A stretch of 64,000 nt of DNA, taken from an uncultured Porphyromonadaceae bacterium (GTDB lineage: Bacteria; Bacteroidota; Bacteroidia; Bacteroidales; Muribaculaceae). A program made the position numbers and the translations under genes. Below are positions 47,223-57,926 of the stretch, one piece after another. Within the stretch, counting starts at the first letter, position 1. The number at the start of each line of letters is the position of its first letter. The stretch lies in contig CAMWXJ010000005.1 of the NCBI GenBank assembly GCA_947178215.1, positions 13,795 to 77,794 on the forward strand. The letters run 5' to 3'. The notes beneath the pieces were generated by a model that had not been told where the DNA came from, ran no database searches, and was given only the letters and a program-made list of their open reading frames with translations.

Positions 47223-48510
47223 GGCACTCCACACGCACAAAACGGCGCGTAAGCGGCCCCACTGCGTAGCGGCTCGACGCGCGCACGCCTCCGGCAAAAA
47301 GTATCTCCTCGTCGTCGGCGAGCAACAGGCTCACGTAGGGGCGGTCGTCGGCGTCGACGCGCGCCTCGACAAAGAGGTCGCTCAGCAGCTTGGAGCCGCG
47401 CATGCCGTAGGGGTGCATGCGGTCGCCGCGGCGCCACGTGCGCGAAGTGAGGCGGCGTTTCAGCACATCCTCGTCAAAGTAGGCCACGCCGTCGTTGCGC
47501 TCCGGCGCGAACTCCTCGATTGGATGCACCGTAATCTCAAATGGAAAATCGGGGATCTCACGGCGTCCGCGGTCACGGGCCGAGAGATAGCCGTCGACAC
47601 CCACGGTATATATTTTCAGCGTGCCCTCGAAGCGTGCGCCGGGGGCGGCGGCGACAATATCTTCGGCCGCCGAGCGGGATATGCCGTCGGAGCGCAGATA
47701 CTCATAGAGTATCAGGCCGGCGCTGTCGGCCCAGCGCGTACGCAGCGTGCGCAGGTCGATACGCGGGTCGTCGGGCTCCGTGACCCCGGCTATGGCCACG
47801 GTTACGGCGCGGCGGTAGAAGCGCTCCGCCTCGTCGAGCTGCACGGCGGTAGTCATGATTCCGTCCTTGGCCGAGGGTACGGCCTGTGTCAAGGCCGGCA
47901 GGGCGATGTTGCGCAGGCGGTTGCGCACATAGTCATTCTCGTGGTTGGTCGAGTCGGTCACATAGTCGAGCCCGCGCTGTTTCAGATAATCAAGAATCTC
48001 GCGGCGGCTCGACGTGAGCAGCGGCCTCACTATGTCGGCGCGGCGCAGGCCCATGCCGGTGAGGCCAGAGATACCGGTGCCTCGGGTGAGGTTGAGCATT
48101 ATGGTCTCTACATTATCGTCGCGGTGGTGACCCACGGCAATGGCCTGGGCGCCGCGTTCGGCGGCGACAGAGCGCATCCACTCGTAACGTGTGGTGCGAC
48201 ACGCCATTTCCAGCGAACCGCCGTTGTCGCGCCGCCACGCCGCAATGTCGAAGTCGGTCGAGACAAACGGCGCTCCGAGGCGCAACGCCATGCGGCGTGC
48301 GAACGAAGCATCGCGGTCACTCTCGTCGCCGCGCAGATGGAAGTTGGCGTGCGCGGCTATACACCCGTAGTCAAGCTCGCGCAGCAGAGCAAGCAGCGCC
48401 ACGGAGTCGGGGCCTCCGCTAAGGCCCACCACTACCGGTCCGGCCGTCGGGTCGAGAATACCTTTTTCGGCTATGATAGCCTCTACGCGTTCTTTCAATG
48501 GATTTTTCAT
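47200..48510 (-). CDS. tilS: tRNA(Ile)-lysidine synthetase
   Basis: VGLSGGPDSVAL (PP-loop), AHANFHLRG, AVGHHRDDNVET, VRPLL, NDYVRNRLRN, C-terminal WRRGDRMHPYG. Confidence 0.93.
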   Translation of the reverse strand: MKNPLKERVEAIIAEKGILDPTAGPVVVGLSGGPDSVALLALLRELDYGCIAAHANFHLRGDESDRDASFARRMALRLGAPFVSTDFDIAAWRRDNGGSLEMACRTTRYEWMRSVAAERGAQAIAVGHHRDDNVETIMLNLTRGTGISGLTGMGLRRADIVRPLLTSSRREILDYLKQRGLDYVTDSTNHENDYVRNRLRNIALPALTQAVPSAKDGIMTTAVQLDEAERFYRRAVTVAIAGVTEPDDPRIDLRTLRTRWADSAGLILYEYLRSDGISRSAAEDIVAAAPGARFEGTLKIYTVGVDGYLSARDRGRREIPDFPFEITVHPIEEFAPERNDGVAYFDEDVLKRRLTSRTWRRGDRMHPYGMRGSKLLSDLFVEARVDADDRPYVSLLLADDEEILFAGGVRASSRYAVGPLTRRFVRVECLNLPRRR

Positions 48511-48553
48511 CGTCGTGGAGCTTTATTACAGGTGATTGTTTCTAAATGAAATG

Positions 48554-48561
48554 CAAAGTTA
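48554..48561 (-). promoter_or_regulatory. -7 promoter element for tilS
   Basis: CAAAGTTA on + = TAACTTTG on -. Confidence 0.6.
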
Positions 48562-48717
48562 TACATTTTCTTTCAATCAGTAGCCAAAACTCGGTCGGCG
48601 ATTACACTTTTGATATCGTAAAGCGATTGACAGCATAATGTGACGATTGATGCAAACAATTATCGTTCATGCCTGAAAATAAATATCGAAATGCTTGGAA
48701 AGGGCTTGTTAATTGCC

Positions 48718-48725
48718 TAATTTTG
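48718..48725 (+). promoter_or_regulatory. -7 promoter element for the propeller lipoprotein
   Basis: TAATTTTG 21 nt before ATG 48747. Confidence 0.6.
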
Positions 48726-48746
48726 CAACCATCACCTTTCCAACCA

Positions 48747-49976
48747 ATGAAAACGACCATGAACAGAATCATCACACAATCGGCCATAGGGCTGATTATT
48801 GCCGGAGCGATGGCATCGTGCGGCGAAAGCAACAGCTCGGAAGGTACACCATCGGCAGTTGCGGTATTCGACGACATGCCGGTCATAGCCGAGCGCGTCG
48901 AGCTCTCCTCCGGTGGCAGCGTCATCGTAGCTCACCCCGAGAAATCCGACGATGTCAGGATTCTGAAGTTGTCGGATCTCACGGATGACGTCAGGATAGT
49001 GCGCCTCGAAAAATCCGACGAAGCGCTAATCGGCGCAGGACAGTCATGGATCACCGGCGACCGCATCGTGATTTACAGCAATGGCGTCGTCAAGCAATTT
49101 GACTTCGACGGCAAATATCTCGGGGAGATAGGCGGCAAAGGCAACGGCCCCGGAGAATACACCATCGCCCCTTACGACATCTATGTTGACTCCAAGGCCG
49201 GACGCATCTACATGGTATCATATAATGCGGATAAAGTAATGAGCTACGACTCCGACGGCACTTTCATCGAGAACATACCTTTAGCGCAGAAGATGCCTAA
49301 AGGCTGCATCAGAGTCGACACAGAAAAGAAGTCGATCACAGCCGTAGCCATGTGCTTCGAAGGCACCGACGCCGACAAGCAGGTTTGGACGCAGGATTTC
49401 GAGGGCAATATTCTGTCGAGTGTGTCGAAACCATGGCTCAAGGTGCCGATGGACTTCAGCAACGAGGTGATGAGCAATATCGGCGGTCATGCCGACGGCT
49501 TCAGCTACTCGCTGTTCCGTTGGGAGCCCGCTCCCGACTCTGTCTATGAATACGATGGTACGGCGCTCAATCCCGTATTCACCGTTACTAAAAAATCGGG
49601 AGAACGGTCCCACATAGACAAACTCGGAAGCAAGTATGTAGCAGCGGTCTACGGCGATCCGCAACAGACTTCAGAAAATACGTTCGTAGTATCCCCCGGC
49701 ACTCCTATGCTGGTTGATCAGGAAAGTCTGCGCGGAGGATACTGCAATATCCTTGTCGACTGCATCGGTGAGCTCATATGGGAAAACGGATGGTGCATGT
49801 CAAAGAGTCCCGACTACTTTGTGATGAACTCAAGCCCCGGCTCTATATCTTCTTGGATAGAAAGCAGCATCAAGAAACATGGTATCACAGGTGACGCCTT
49901 GAAGAAGCTTCAGGACTTCCAGGCCACTCTTGACGAGGACGACAACAACATCGTCATCTTCGCCCGCTGGAAATAA
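48747..49976 (+). CDS. 6-bladed beta-propeller lipoprotein (DUF4934/BF3164-like family)
   Basis: Lipobox AMASC, LKLSDLTDDVRIVRLE, QFDFDGKYLGEIGGKGNGPGEY, C-terminal DEDDNNIVIFARWK. Start 48747 or 48759. Confidence 0.8.
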   Translation: MKTTMNRIITQSAIGLIIAGAMASCGESNSSEGTPSAVAVFDDMPVIAERVELSSGGSVIVAHPEKSDDVRILKLSDLTDDVRIVRLEKSDEALIGAGQSWITGDRIVIYSNGVVKQFDFDGKYLGEIGGKGNGPGEYTIAPYDIYVDSKAGRIYMVSYNADKVMSYDSDGTFIENIPLAQKMPKGCIRVDTEKKSITAVAMCFEGTDADKQVWTQDFEGNILSSVSKPWLKVPMDFSNEVMSNIGGHADGFSYSLFRWEPAPDSVYEYDGTALNPVFTVTKKSGERSHIDKLGSKYVAAVYGDPQQTSENTFVVSPGTPMLVDQESLRGGYCNILVDCIGELIWENGWCMSKSPDYFVMNSSPGSISSWIESSIKKHGITGDALKKLQDFQATLDEDDNNIVIFARWK

Positions 49977-49990
49977 ATTCCTCCCACCAA

Positions 49991-50038
49991 AGCGCCCGGC
50001 ATATTCGGAAGATTCCGAGTGTGCCGGACGCTCGTTTT
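49991..50038 (+). terminator. Probable intrinsic terminator
   Basis: AGCGCCCGGCATATTCGGAA / TTCCGAGTGTGCCGGACGCT stem with G-U pairs, followed by CGTTTT. Confidence 0.65.
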
Positions 50039-50074
50039 CGATACTGCGAAGGGGTGCGGAACGGGCGTTTTTAA

Positions 50075-50082
50075 TACCTTTG
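50075..50082 (+). promoter_or_regulatory. -7 promoter element for the beta-helix gene
   Basis: TACCTTTG. Confidence 0.55.
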
Positions 50083-50144
50083 CAGAAATAGTGGCCCGCA
50101 CATCGCCGGGCCTTACGACATAAAACCAATCATACAGAGATATC

Positions 50145-52307
50145 ATGAGACTGCTGAAGCTGATTGCTATCTGCTCATTCGTTTTAACAACACTGCATCT
50201 ACCGGCACAAACGGCACGACACATCTACGTATCGCCTGCCGGCAACGACAAAAATCCGGGCACCGAGGCCGCACCGCTACGTTCCATTCAGTCGGCTATC
50301 AGGCTTTCCTTTGCCATAGAATCCGACTCTACTGAAATAATCCTGCGCGACGGCATCTATCAACTCGAATCCACACTGGAAATAGGTAACGAAAAGGGTA
50401 AGGGGACGCTCATAATCAAGGCCGAGCATCCCGGTAAAGCGAGACTTTCGGGTGGAAGGAAACTTAGCCGGAAAGCGATACGCCGACTGACAGACCGAAC
50501 GGTTGCCGACCGTCTGCAGCCCCATGTGAAAGACAGCATATATGAGATTGATTTACGCAGTGCCGGCATCCCGGTACATGGACTGCGCCCATCGGGATTC
50601 GGACGTCCGAGCCTGTCAGCGTGGACCGAACTGTTTGAGGACGGCACGCCATTCCATATAGCCCGCTGGCCCAATGACACGACGGTGCTTATCGGAAAAA
50701 TCCATGAGTCGGGTATCGGCGAGACACGTGAGGAAGCGCCTTATCCGGTATTTGAATACCTGGAATCACGGCCCGAACGCTGGGCCGGCGTCGACAGCTT
50801 CTGGATTGGCGGCTATTTCGCGCACGGATATGCCGACGACATGATAAAGGCAGCAAGGGTAGATACAGCCACCCACACCATCCATGCAGCCCAGCACACT
50901 GTATATGGCTTTATGACCGGAGCGCCGTGGCGACGGTGGTATGCCCTCAATCTTGTTGAGGAGCTTGACCGTCCCGGCGAATATGTGCTCGACGACCGCA
51001 ACGGGAAAATTTACTTTTACCCGACAGGGCGTAAGCCGGGCGACATCAGCGTATCGGTACTCGACGCGCCCCTTCTCGCTGTGGAAAACTGCGATGACGT
51101 GAGGATAGAAGGACTCGTGCTGGAATGCGGACGCTCGATGGGTATATATATGGAGAATACCCGCAACGTGCTTGTCACCGGCTGCACCATCCACAATATG
51201 GGAGGAGTAGGCGTATGTGTGGGCCACGGTTCGTATGCCGCCGACAAGAAAAGCCTGAAGCCCCACTCGGCCGAAGCGGGAGGTACGATAGCCCACCGTA
51301 TGATAGGCGACCTTCAGGGCAAAGTCTACGAAGATGTGCTCTTCAACCGTAACGCCGGCCATAACAACGGCATAGTCAACTGCAGAATTTACAACGTAGG
51401 CGCCGGAGGAATAAGTCTGGGCGGCGGTGACCGCGCCACACTCGACCCGTCAGGTAATTATGTGGAGAACTGCCGTATCCACGACTTCAACCGTATCGAG
51501 AAATCATACAGAGCCGCAGTGTGGATGGACGGGACAGGCTGCCGGGTGTCGGGCTGCGACATATACAACGCACCGAGCATGGCCATACTATTTCACGGCA
51601 ACAACCACATAATCGAGAAATGCCGAATCACCAACGTGTGCGGCGAAGTGGATGACCAGGGGGCGGTGTACTACGGCCGCGACCCGTCGGAACGCGGCCA
51701 CATAATCCGCTACAACTACTTCCACCGCCTCAGCCCCCGCCACAGAGTCACGGCAACATACCACGACGACGGCGCATGCGGCGCAGAAGTCTATGGCAAC
51801 ATATACCATCAGGCCGGTTCGATGCCTGTGCTTATCGGAGGCGGCCACGACATAACCTACCGCAACAATATCTTCATCGACTGTCCGCTGGCCATACATA
51901 TCGACAACCGCATGCAGGGATGGGGAGCTAATATGGTCGCCCGTGACGGAATAGCCGACCAACGCCTGAAGCGGGTGCGGTACGACGAACCGCCTTATAG
52001 CACGGCATATCCCGAACTTAAAGCTTACTGGGAGGAGAATCCCGCCTATCCGAAACGCAATCTTTTCGAAGGCAACCTGTTTTACCGCATCGGAAATCTG
52101 CTGAGCGGACGCACGGAATGGGCCGAATTTGTCAACAACTGGGCCACGGCGTCAGACCCCGGCTTTATTGACCCGGACGAGCCACTGAAAGGATTCCGCG
52201 AGGACGCTCAGGTATTCACCCGCATCAAGGATTATCCGACCATTCCGTTCGATGAGATAGGGTGCAGTCTTCCCGCCAACCCAAGTGACAATCTCCCGAT
52301 ACCGTAA
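50145..52307 (+). CDS. Secreted right-handed parallel beta-helix protein (putative glycan hydrolase or lyase)
   Basis: Signal peptide LPA-Q, IYVSPAGNDKNPGTEAAPLRSI, IILRDGIY, ARWPN, beta-helix repeats (ITNVCGEVDDQGAVY, YHDDGACG). Confidence 0.75.
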   Translation: MRLLKLIAICSFVLTTLHLPAQTARHIYVSPAGNDKNPGTEAAPLRSIQSAIRLSFAIESDSTEIILRDGIYQLESTLEIGNEKGKGTLIIKAEHPGKARLSGGRKLSRKAIRRLTDRTVADRLQPHVKDSIYEIDLRSAGIPVHGLRPSGFGRPSLSAWTELFEDGTPFHIARWPNDTTVLIGKIHESGIGETREEAPYPVFEYLESRPERWAGVDSFWIGGYFAHGYADDMIKAARVDTATHTIHAAQHTVYGFMTGAPWRRWYALNLVEELDRPGEYVLDDRNGKIYFYPTGRKPGDISVSVLDAPLLAVENCDDVRIEGLVLECGRSMGIYMENTRNVLVTGCTIHNMGGVGVCVGHGSYAADKKSLKPHSAEAGGTIAHRMIGDLQGKVYEDVLFNRNAGHNNGIVNCRIYNVGAGGISLGGGDRATLDPSGNYVENCRIHDFNRIEKSYRAAVWMDGTGCRVSGCDIYNAPSMAILFHGNNHIIEKCRITNVCGEVDDQGAVYYGRDPSERGHIIRYNYFHRLSPRHRVTATYHDDGACGAEVYGNIYHQAGSMPVLIGGGHDITYRNNIFIDCPLAIHIDNRMQGWGANMVARDGIADQRLKRVRYDEPPYSTAYPELKAYWEENPAYPKRNLFEGNLFYRIGNLLSGRTEWAEFVNNWATASDPGFIDPDEPLKGFREDAQVFTRIKDYPTIPFDEIGCSLPANPSDNLPIP

Positions 52308-52416
52308 CCTGATATACGGTGTCGAAAAGAGTGACTCTGACCTGTACAATCAAGGAGACGACACACCGTAACCGGATTTTTATAGGGTTGTGGCGCGGAA
52401 ATCATCCGTTTTTGTG

Positions 52417-52424
52417 TAATTTTG
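52417..52424 (+). promoter_or_regulatory. -7 promoter element
   Basis: TAATTTTG 30 nt before ATG 52454. Confidence 0.6.
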
Positions 52425-52453
52425 CAAGCTATAACACCCAATTCCCAAAAATA

Positions 52454-53560
52454 ATGAACCGTAAATCATTCAAGATATTCATTGCCGCCACAGCGGCTGT
52501 GGTGCTCGCCGCCTGCGGCGAGCGCAACTCATGGACTGTTGATGGACGCATCGAGGGCGCCGACAACAAGACTCTCATCCTCGAAGCTTCATCCAACGGC
52601 CGCTGGTACCCGCTCGACACCGTCACCCTCACCGGCGGGGGCAACTTCAAGTTCACCCACGAGGCTGCGGGTTATCCCGACATCTACCGTCTGCGCCTCA
52701 ACGACCGCTCGCTCTACTTCCCTATCGACTCGATAGAGACAGTGACGGTGGTGGCTCGCGCAGACGCTTTCGACACCAACTACACTCTGTCGGGCAGCAC
52801 TCACGCCGTGCAGCTCATGACGGTAGAGCAGAAACTCCAAGACGCCGCCTCACATCTCGGTGCAGCTACAGCCACTGACTCGATTCTGAAACGCGAACTC
52901 GCCGGCGAGCTCCTCAATGACCCGTCGGGCATCGTGGCCTACTACATCATCAACAAGAAGATTGGCGGTCGCTCGCTGTTTGACCCGGCCAACAAAGGCG
53001 ACCTGCGCATCATAGGCGCAGTTGCAAACGCATTTCATGAGCGCCGTCCCGGCGACCCGCGCACAGCCTATCTCACCCAACTGTTTACCAGCAACCACGC
53101 CAACAACCGCCCCGCAGTATCGTCGGCCGCAACTGACACCATCATGGCCGCCGCGATAGGCGTGCTCGACATTCAGCTTTACGACGACAAGGGCACGCTC
53201 CACAGCCTCGCCGAAGAGTGCTCCAAGGGGCATCCGGTGATTCTCAACTTCACGAGCTATACAGCCGAGGCATCACCCGCAGTCAATCTCGCTCTCAACA
53301 AGGTGTATGAGCAGTATGCGTCGCGCGGACTCCAGATTTTCCAAGTGGCTTTTGACGCCGACGAATACACCTGGAAGCAGAGCGCCCGCAATCTACCCTG
53401 GATAACCGTCTACAACAGCGCCCACGACGGCACAGAAGCCCTCATGAAATATAACGTAGGCTCACTTCCCGCCACATTCGTAATAGGCGCTGACGGCGAA
53501 ATCAAATCGCGCGTAGACAACCTCGCCGAGCTTAACGCGGCTGTGGCCCGCGCTTTCTGA
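52454..53560 (+). CDS. DUF4369 + TlpA/AhpC-TSA-like thioredoxin-fold lipoprotein lacking CxxC
   Basis: Lipobox LAAC, WTVDGRIEG, DIQLYDDKG, PVILNF, LQIFQVAFD, YNVGSLPATFVIG. Start at ATG 52454. Confidence 0.75.
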   Translation: MNRKSFKIFIAATAAVVLAACGERNSWTVDGRIEGADNKTLILEASSNGRWYPLDTVTLTGGGNFKFTHEAAGYPDIYRLRLNDRSLYFPIDSIETVTVVARADAFDTNYTLSGSTHAVQLMTVEQKLQDAASHLGAATATDSILKRELAGELLNDPSGIVAYYIINKKIGGRSLFDPANKGDLRIIGAVANAFHERRPGDPRTAYLTQLFTSNHANNRPAVSSAATDTIMAAAIGVLDIQLYDDKGTLHSLAEECSKGHPVILNFTSYTAEASPAVNLALNKVYEQYASRGLQIFQVAFDADEYTWKQSARNLPWITVYNSAHDGTEALMKYNVGSLPATFVIGADGEIKSRVDNLAELNAAVARAF

Positions 53561-53630
53561 GCAACGACATTGCCGGCATCGGCCGCCCGACGACGGGCCG
53601 CATGTTGCCCTGCACACCGATGCCCGTAAT

Positions 53631-53674
53631 TGACATTAGCCCCGCCTGAACGATCTCAGGCGGGGCTAATGTCA
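53631..53674. terminator. Bidirectional terminator between convergent genes
   Basis: 19-bp perfect inverted repeat TGACATTAGCCCCGCCTGA / TCAGGCGGGGCTAATGTCA. Confidence 0.8.
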
Positions 53675-53696
53675 TATATCGCGGAAGCCGGATTGA

Positions 53697-54989
53697 TTAC
53701 TTGGCGATGAGCAGGAAATGGTTTTTCTTGCCGCGAGTGACGAGCAGATAACGGCCCTGCAAAAGATTGTCGGGAGTGATGAGGGCGTTGGGGTCGGTGG
53801 CGCGCTCCTTGTTGACCGACAGGCCGCCTTGCTGGGCCATCTTGCGCATCTCGCCCTTAGAGGGAAAGACGGGGGCGCCATCGGTGAGCAGCTCGATAAG
53901 CTTCACACCCTCGGCGGGTATCTCCACTTCGTGGCGCTCCACGCCCTCTGTAATGTCGAGTAGTGTGGCCTCGTCAATGGCACGGAGGGCATCGGCAGCT
54001 TTCGGGTCAAAGAGTATGCGCGACGCCTCTACGGCACGCTCGTAGTCCTCGGCACTGTGTACCATGATGGTTATCTCCTTTGCCAGACGATGCTGGAGGG
54101 GACGGCGGCCCGGGTCGGCCTTCTGCTCCTCAACAAGAGCCTCCACCTCCTCGCGCGTGAGGGTGGTGAAAATCTTGATATACTTCTCGGCATCATCGTC
54201 GGCCACATTAAGCCAGAACTGATAGAAGCGGTAGGGTGAAGTGCGTTTGGGGTCGAGCCACACGTTGCCGCTCTCGGTCTTGCCAAACTTCTTGCCGTCG
54301 GCCTTGGTTATTAGTGGGCAGGTAAGGGCGAAAGCCTCGCCGCCTTCGGTGCGACGTATAAGCTCGGTGCCGGTGGTGATGTTGCCCCACTGGTCGGAGC
54401 CGCCGAGTTGCAGACGGCAGTCCTTGGTGCGGTAAAGATAGAGGAAGTCGTAGCCTTGGAGCAGCTGATAGCTGAACTCGGTAAACGACATGCCCTGCTG
54501 GCTCTCGCCTGAAAGACGCTTCTTTACCGAATCCTTTGCCATCATATAGTTGACGGTGATGTGCTTGCCTATGTCGCGGATGAAGTCGAGGAAACCGTAG
54601 TCTTTCATCCAGTCGTAGTTGTTGACCATCTCTGCGGCGTTGGGCGCGTCGCTCTCGAAGTCGAGAAACTTGGCGAGCTGCTTCTTGATAGCCTCCTGAT
54701 TGTGGCGGAGCGTGGTCTCGTCGATGAGCTTGCGCTCCTGGCTCTTCATAGATGGGTCGCCAATCATGCCGGTAGCGCCTCCTACGAGCGCCAGGGGCTT
54801 GTGGCCCGCGCGTTGGAAGTGACGGAGCATCATCACGCCCACAAGGTGACCGATGTGGAGCGAATCGGCTGTCGGGTCGATGCCGAGGTAGGCGGTAGTT
54901 ATACCGCCGGCAAGCTTCTCGTCGGTGCCCGGCATCATCTGGTGAATCATGCCGCGCCACGTGAGCTCTTCAATAAATTTCGATGCCAT
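53697..54989 (-). CDS. tyrS: Tyrosine--tRNA ligase
   Basis: [32 protein letters not shown]4-like C-terminus. Confidence 0.97.
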   Translation of the reverse strand: MASKFIEELTWRGMIHQMMPGTDEKLAGGITTAYLGIDPTADSLHIGHLVGVMMLRHFQRAGHKPLALVGGATGMIGDPSMKSQERKLIDETTLRHNQEAIKKQLAKFLDFESDAPNAAEMVNNYDWMKDYGFLDFIRDIGKHITVNYMMAKDSVKKRLSGESQQGMSFTEFSYQLLQGYDFLYLYRTKDCRLQLGGSDQWGNITTGTELIRRTEGGEAFALTCPLITKADGKKFGKTESGNVWLDPKRTSPYRFYQFWLNVADDDAEKYIKIFTTLTREEVEALVEEQKADPGRRPLQHRLAKEITIMVHSAEDYERAVEASRILFDPKAADALRAIDEATLLDITEGVERHEVEIPAEGVKLIELLTDGAPVFPSKGEMRKMAQQGGLSVNKERATDPNALITPDNLLQGRYLLVTRGKKNHFLLIAK

Positions 54990-55038
54990 AATATATATCT
55001 ATGGTGGTGATATTCGGAAAACAAATATACTGAGTGGA

Positions 55039-57660
55039 TTACTTTGAGAGGGCCTCGATTGAGCGCGTGAGGGTCTCTATCTTGGCCTCGGCGTCGGCGA
55101 GCTTGCGGCGTTCGCCGTCGACAACGGCTACCGGAGCCTTGCTGACAAAGCGCTCGTTGCCGAGCTTTTTGAGCACACTCTCGCGGAAGCCCTGGTAGTA
55201 TTCAAGGTCTTTGCGCAGACGACCGAGTTCGGCCTCGGTGTCGACAGCGTCGGTGAGAGGCACGCACACCTCCACTGCGCCGGCCATGAACGAGGCGGCG
55301 GCAGGGTCGGAGGGCTGATTGTGGTTGATTTCACCCACTCCGGCGAGCTTGGCGATGACGGCGTCCTGCTCGACGGGCCATGTGCCAACTACATTGAGCA
55401 CGAGGAGCTGCTTGGGCGAGATGCCCTTTGAGGCGCGCACGTTGCGTACACCATTGACAATCTCCTTGGCGCCCTCGACGATGCCGAGAGCCACGGTGTC
55501 GACCTCGCCGGCGGCGGGTGTGGGGGCATACATGATCGACTCGCCCTCACGACGCTCGGTGAGATGCTGCCAGAGCTCTTCGGTGATGAAGGGCATGAAG
55601 GGGTGGAGCAGACGCAGGAGCTGGTCGAAGAAGCCGAGAGTGGCACGCATAGTAGCGGAATCGACAGGCGAACCGTAGGCCGGCTTGACTAGTTCGAGGT
55701 ACCATGACGAGAACTCGTCCCAGAAAAGGCGGTAGAGCTCACGGAGTGCTTCGGAGATGCGGAACTTCGACATGAGGCTGCTCACCTCGGCGGCAGCCTG
55801 CGAAATCTTTGCTTCCATCCACGCTATGGCGCGGGCCGATGCCTCGGGCTGAGCAGCTGCTTCGTCGACCTCCCAGCCTTTGACGAGACGGAAAGCGTTC
55901 CATATCTTGTTGCAGAAGTTGCGGCCGGTCTCGCACAGCTTGGTGTCGAAGAGAATGTCGTTGCCTGCGGGGGCGCATAGCATGATGCCCACGCGAACGC
56001 CGTCGGCGCCGTACTGCTCGATGAGCTTCAGGGGATCGGGCGAGTTGCCGAGCTGCTTCGACATCTTTCGGCCCAGCTCGTCGCGCACGATGCCTGTGAA
56101 ATATACATTGTCGAAGGGTTGCTTGCCGGCGTACTCATATCCGGCCATTATCATGCGGGCCACCCAAAAGAAGATGATGTCGGGACCGGTGACGAGTGTG
56201 GCAGTGGGATAATAGTACTCCATTTCGGGGTTGCCCGGGTCGAGAATGCCGTTGAAGAGCGACAGCGGCCAGAGCCACGAGCTGAACCAGGTGTCGAAGC
56301 AATCGTCGTCCTGGCGCAGGTCGGCGGGGGTGAGCGAGGGGTCTTTCTCGCGTGCGAGGGCAAGAGCCTCCTCCTCGGTCTCGGCCACGATGTATGAGCC
56401 GTCGGGCAGATACCAGGCGGGGATGCGGTGGCCCCACCAGAGCTGACGCGAGATGCACCAGTCGCGGATTTCGGTCATCCAGCGGCGGTAAGTGTTCTTG
56501 AACTTGTCGGGGACGAAACGTATCACATCATCCTCGACGGCGTCGAGGGCGGGACGCGCCATGCTGTCCATTTTGAGGAACCACTGGTCGGAGAGGCGCG
56601 GCTCGACAGCGGTATCGGGGTTGCGCTCCGAGTAGCCTACCTTGTTATCGTAGTCCTCGACCTTTTCGAGCAAGCCGGCGGCTTCCAGGTCGCGGGCTAT
56701 CTGCTTGCGCACCTCGAAGCGGTCCATGCCCACATACATACCGGCGGCTTCGGATATTGTGGCGTCGTCGTTGAATATGTCGATTGTTTCGAGATTATGC
56801 TTCTGGCCGAGCATGTTGTCGTTGACGTCATGTGCCGGTGTAACTTTGAGGCAGCCGGTGCCGAACTCAATGTCGACATAATCATCCTCGATGACGGGAA
56901 TCTCGCGGCCCACAAGTGGCACTATAACGCGCTTGCCGCGCAGATGCTGATTCTTGGGATCGGCGGGATTGATACACATTGCGGTGTCGCCCATGATAGT
57001 CTCCGGACGGGTGGTCGCCACGACGGCATAACCCTCCTCACCCACAATGTAATAGCGGAGATAGTAGAGCTTGCTGTGCTCTTCCTTGTAGACGACCTCG
57101 ATGTCGGACAGTGCGGTGCGGGCCTTGGGATCCCAGCTTACCATGCGCTTGCCGCGGTAGACGAGGCCCTTGCGGTAGAGGTCGACAAACACACGGATTA
57201 CGCTGCGCGAACGCAGGTCGTCCATGGTAAACGCCGTGCGGTCCCAGTCGCACGAAGCACCGAGCTTTTTGAGCTGTTCGAGGATGATACCGCCGTACTG
57301 GTGGGTCCAGTCCCAAGCGTGTTTGAGGAACTCTTCGCGGCCGAGATCGGTTTTCTTGATACCCTGTGCGGCGAGGCGGGCCACCACTTTGGCTTCGGTG
57401 GCGATAGCGGCATGGTCGGTGCCGGGCACCCAGAGCGCGTTTTTGCCGTCCATGCGGGCACGGCGTATGAGGATGTCCTGGATGGTGTTGTTGAGCATGT
57501 GGCCCATGTGGAGCACACCCGTCACATTTGGCGGCGGGATAACGATTGTGTACGGCTCACGGGCATCCGGCTTGCTGGCAAAGAGCTTGTGCTCCATCCA
57601 GTAAGCATACCATTTATCCTCTACCTCGGCAGGGGAATATTTGGTAGCAAGCTGATTCAT
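55039..57660 (-). CDS. valS: Valine--tRNA ligase
   Basis: [47 protein letters not shown]-terminal coiled coil. Start MNQLATKY at 57660. Confidence 0.97.
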   Translation of the reverse strand: MNQLATKYSPAEVEDKWYAYWMEHKLFASKPDAREPYTIVIPPPNVTGVLHMGHMLNNTIQDILIRRARMDGKNALWVPGTDHAAIATEAKVVARLAAQGIKKTDLGREEFLKHAWDWTHQYGGIILEQLKKLGASCDWDRTAFTMDDLRSRSVIRVFVDLYRKGLVYRGKRMVSWDPKARTALSDIEVVYKEEHSKLYYLRYYIVGEEGYAVVATTRPETIMGDTAMCINPADPKNQHLRGKRVIVPLVGREIPVIEDDYVDIEFGTGCLKVTPAHDVNDNMLGQKHNLETIDIFNDDATISEAAGMYVGMDRFEVRKQIARDLEAAGLLEKVEDYDNKVGYSERNPDTAVEPRLSDQWFLKMDSMARPALDAVEDDVIRFVPDKFKNTYRRWMTEIRDWCISRQLWWGHRIPAWYLPDGSYIVAETEEEALALAREKDPSLTPADLRQDDDCFDTWFSSWLWPLSLFNGILDPGNPEMEYYYPTATLVTGPDIIFFWVARMIMAGYEYAGKQPFDNVYFTGIVRDELGRKMSKQLGNSPDPLKLIEQYGADGVRVGIMLCAPAGNDILFDTKLCETGRNFCNKIWNAFRLVKGWEVDEAAAQPEASARAIAWMEAKISQAAAEVSSLMSKFRISEALRELYRLFWDEFSSWYLELVKPAYGSPVDSATMRATLGFFDQLLRLLHPFMPFITEELWQHLTERREGESIMYAPTPAAGEVDTVALGIVEGAKEIVNGVRNVRASKGISPKQLLVLNVVGTWPVEQDAVIAKLAGVGEINHNQPSDPAAASFMAGAVEVCVPLTDAVDTEAELGRLRKDLEYYQGFRESVLKKLGNERFVSKAPVAVVDGERRKLADAEAKIETLTRSIEALSK

Positions 57661-57728
57661 AGAGTTATATATAGTCTTGTTATTGTTTTCGGCAATCAGG
57701 GGCGCCCTAATCCGGCGCTTTTGCGCCG

Positions 57729-57736
57729 CAAAGGTA
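57729..57736 (-). promoter_or_regulatory. -7 promoter element for valS-tyrS
   Basis: CAAAGGTA on + = TACCTTTG on -. Confidence 0.6.
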
Positions 57737-57910
57737 CGAATTTTCCGTCTAATAAGCACACACAGGCCAAATAAGCTGTCGACTTCAAAACGCCTTAACG
57801 AAAGCCTGCGCCGGCCGCCTGCCTTTGTTAAAAACCCTTACCGGCAGTAATCTTGCCTTACTGCCGTTAAACCATAGCTTGGCGCACGCGGTTACTCCAT
57901 AAAAAAACGC

Positions 57911-57918
57911 TAACTTTG
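57911..57918 (+). promoter_or_regulatory. -7 promoter element for pduO
   Basis: TAACTTTG 8 nt before the ATG. Confidence 0.6.
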
Positions 57919-57926
57919 CAACCGTC

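Noticed and set aside
1125-57759. N-terminal ORF-track extensions (1125, 2414, 17637, 22630, 27643, 28242, 29117, 48669, 52319, 57759)
   Set aside because: They overlap upstream genes, terminators or promoters; family N-termini begin at the downstream ATGs used.
57660-57926. T-box ahead of valS/tyrS or cobalamin riboswitch ahead of pduO
   Set aside because: The leaders are too short and no T-box or B12-element consensus is visible.
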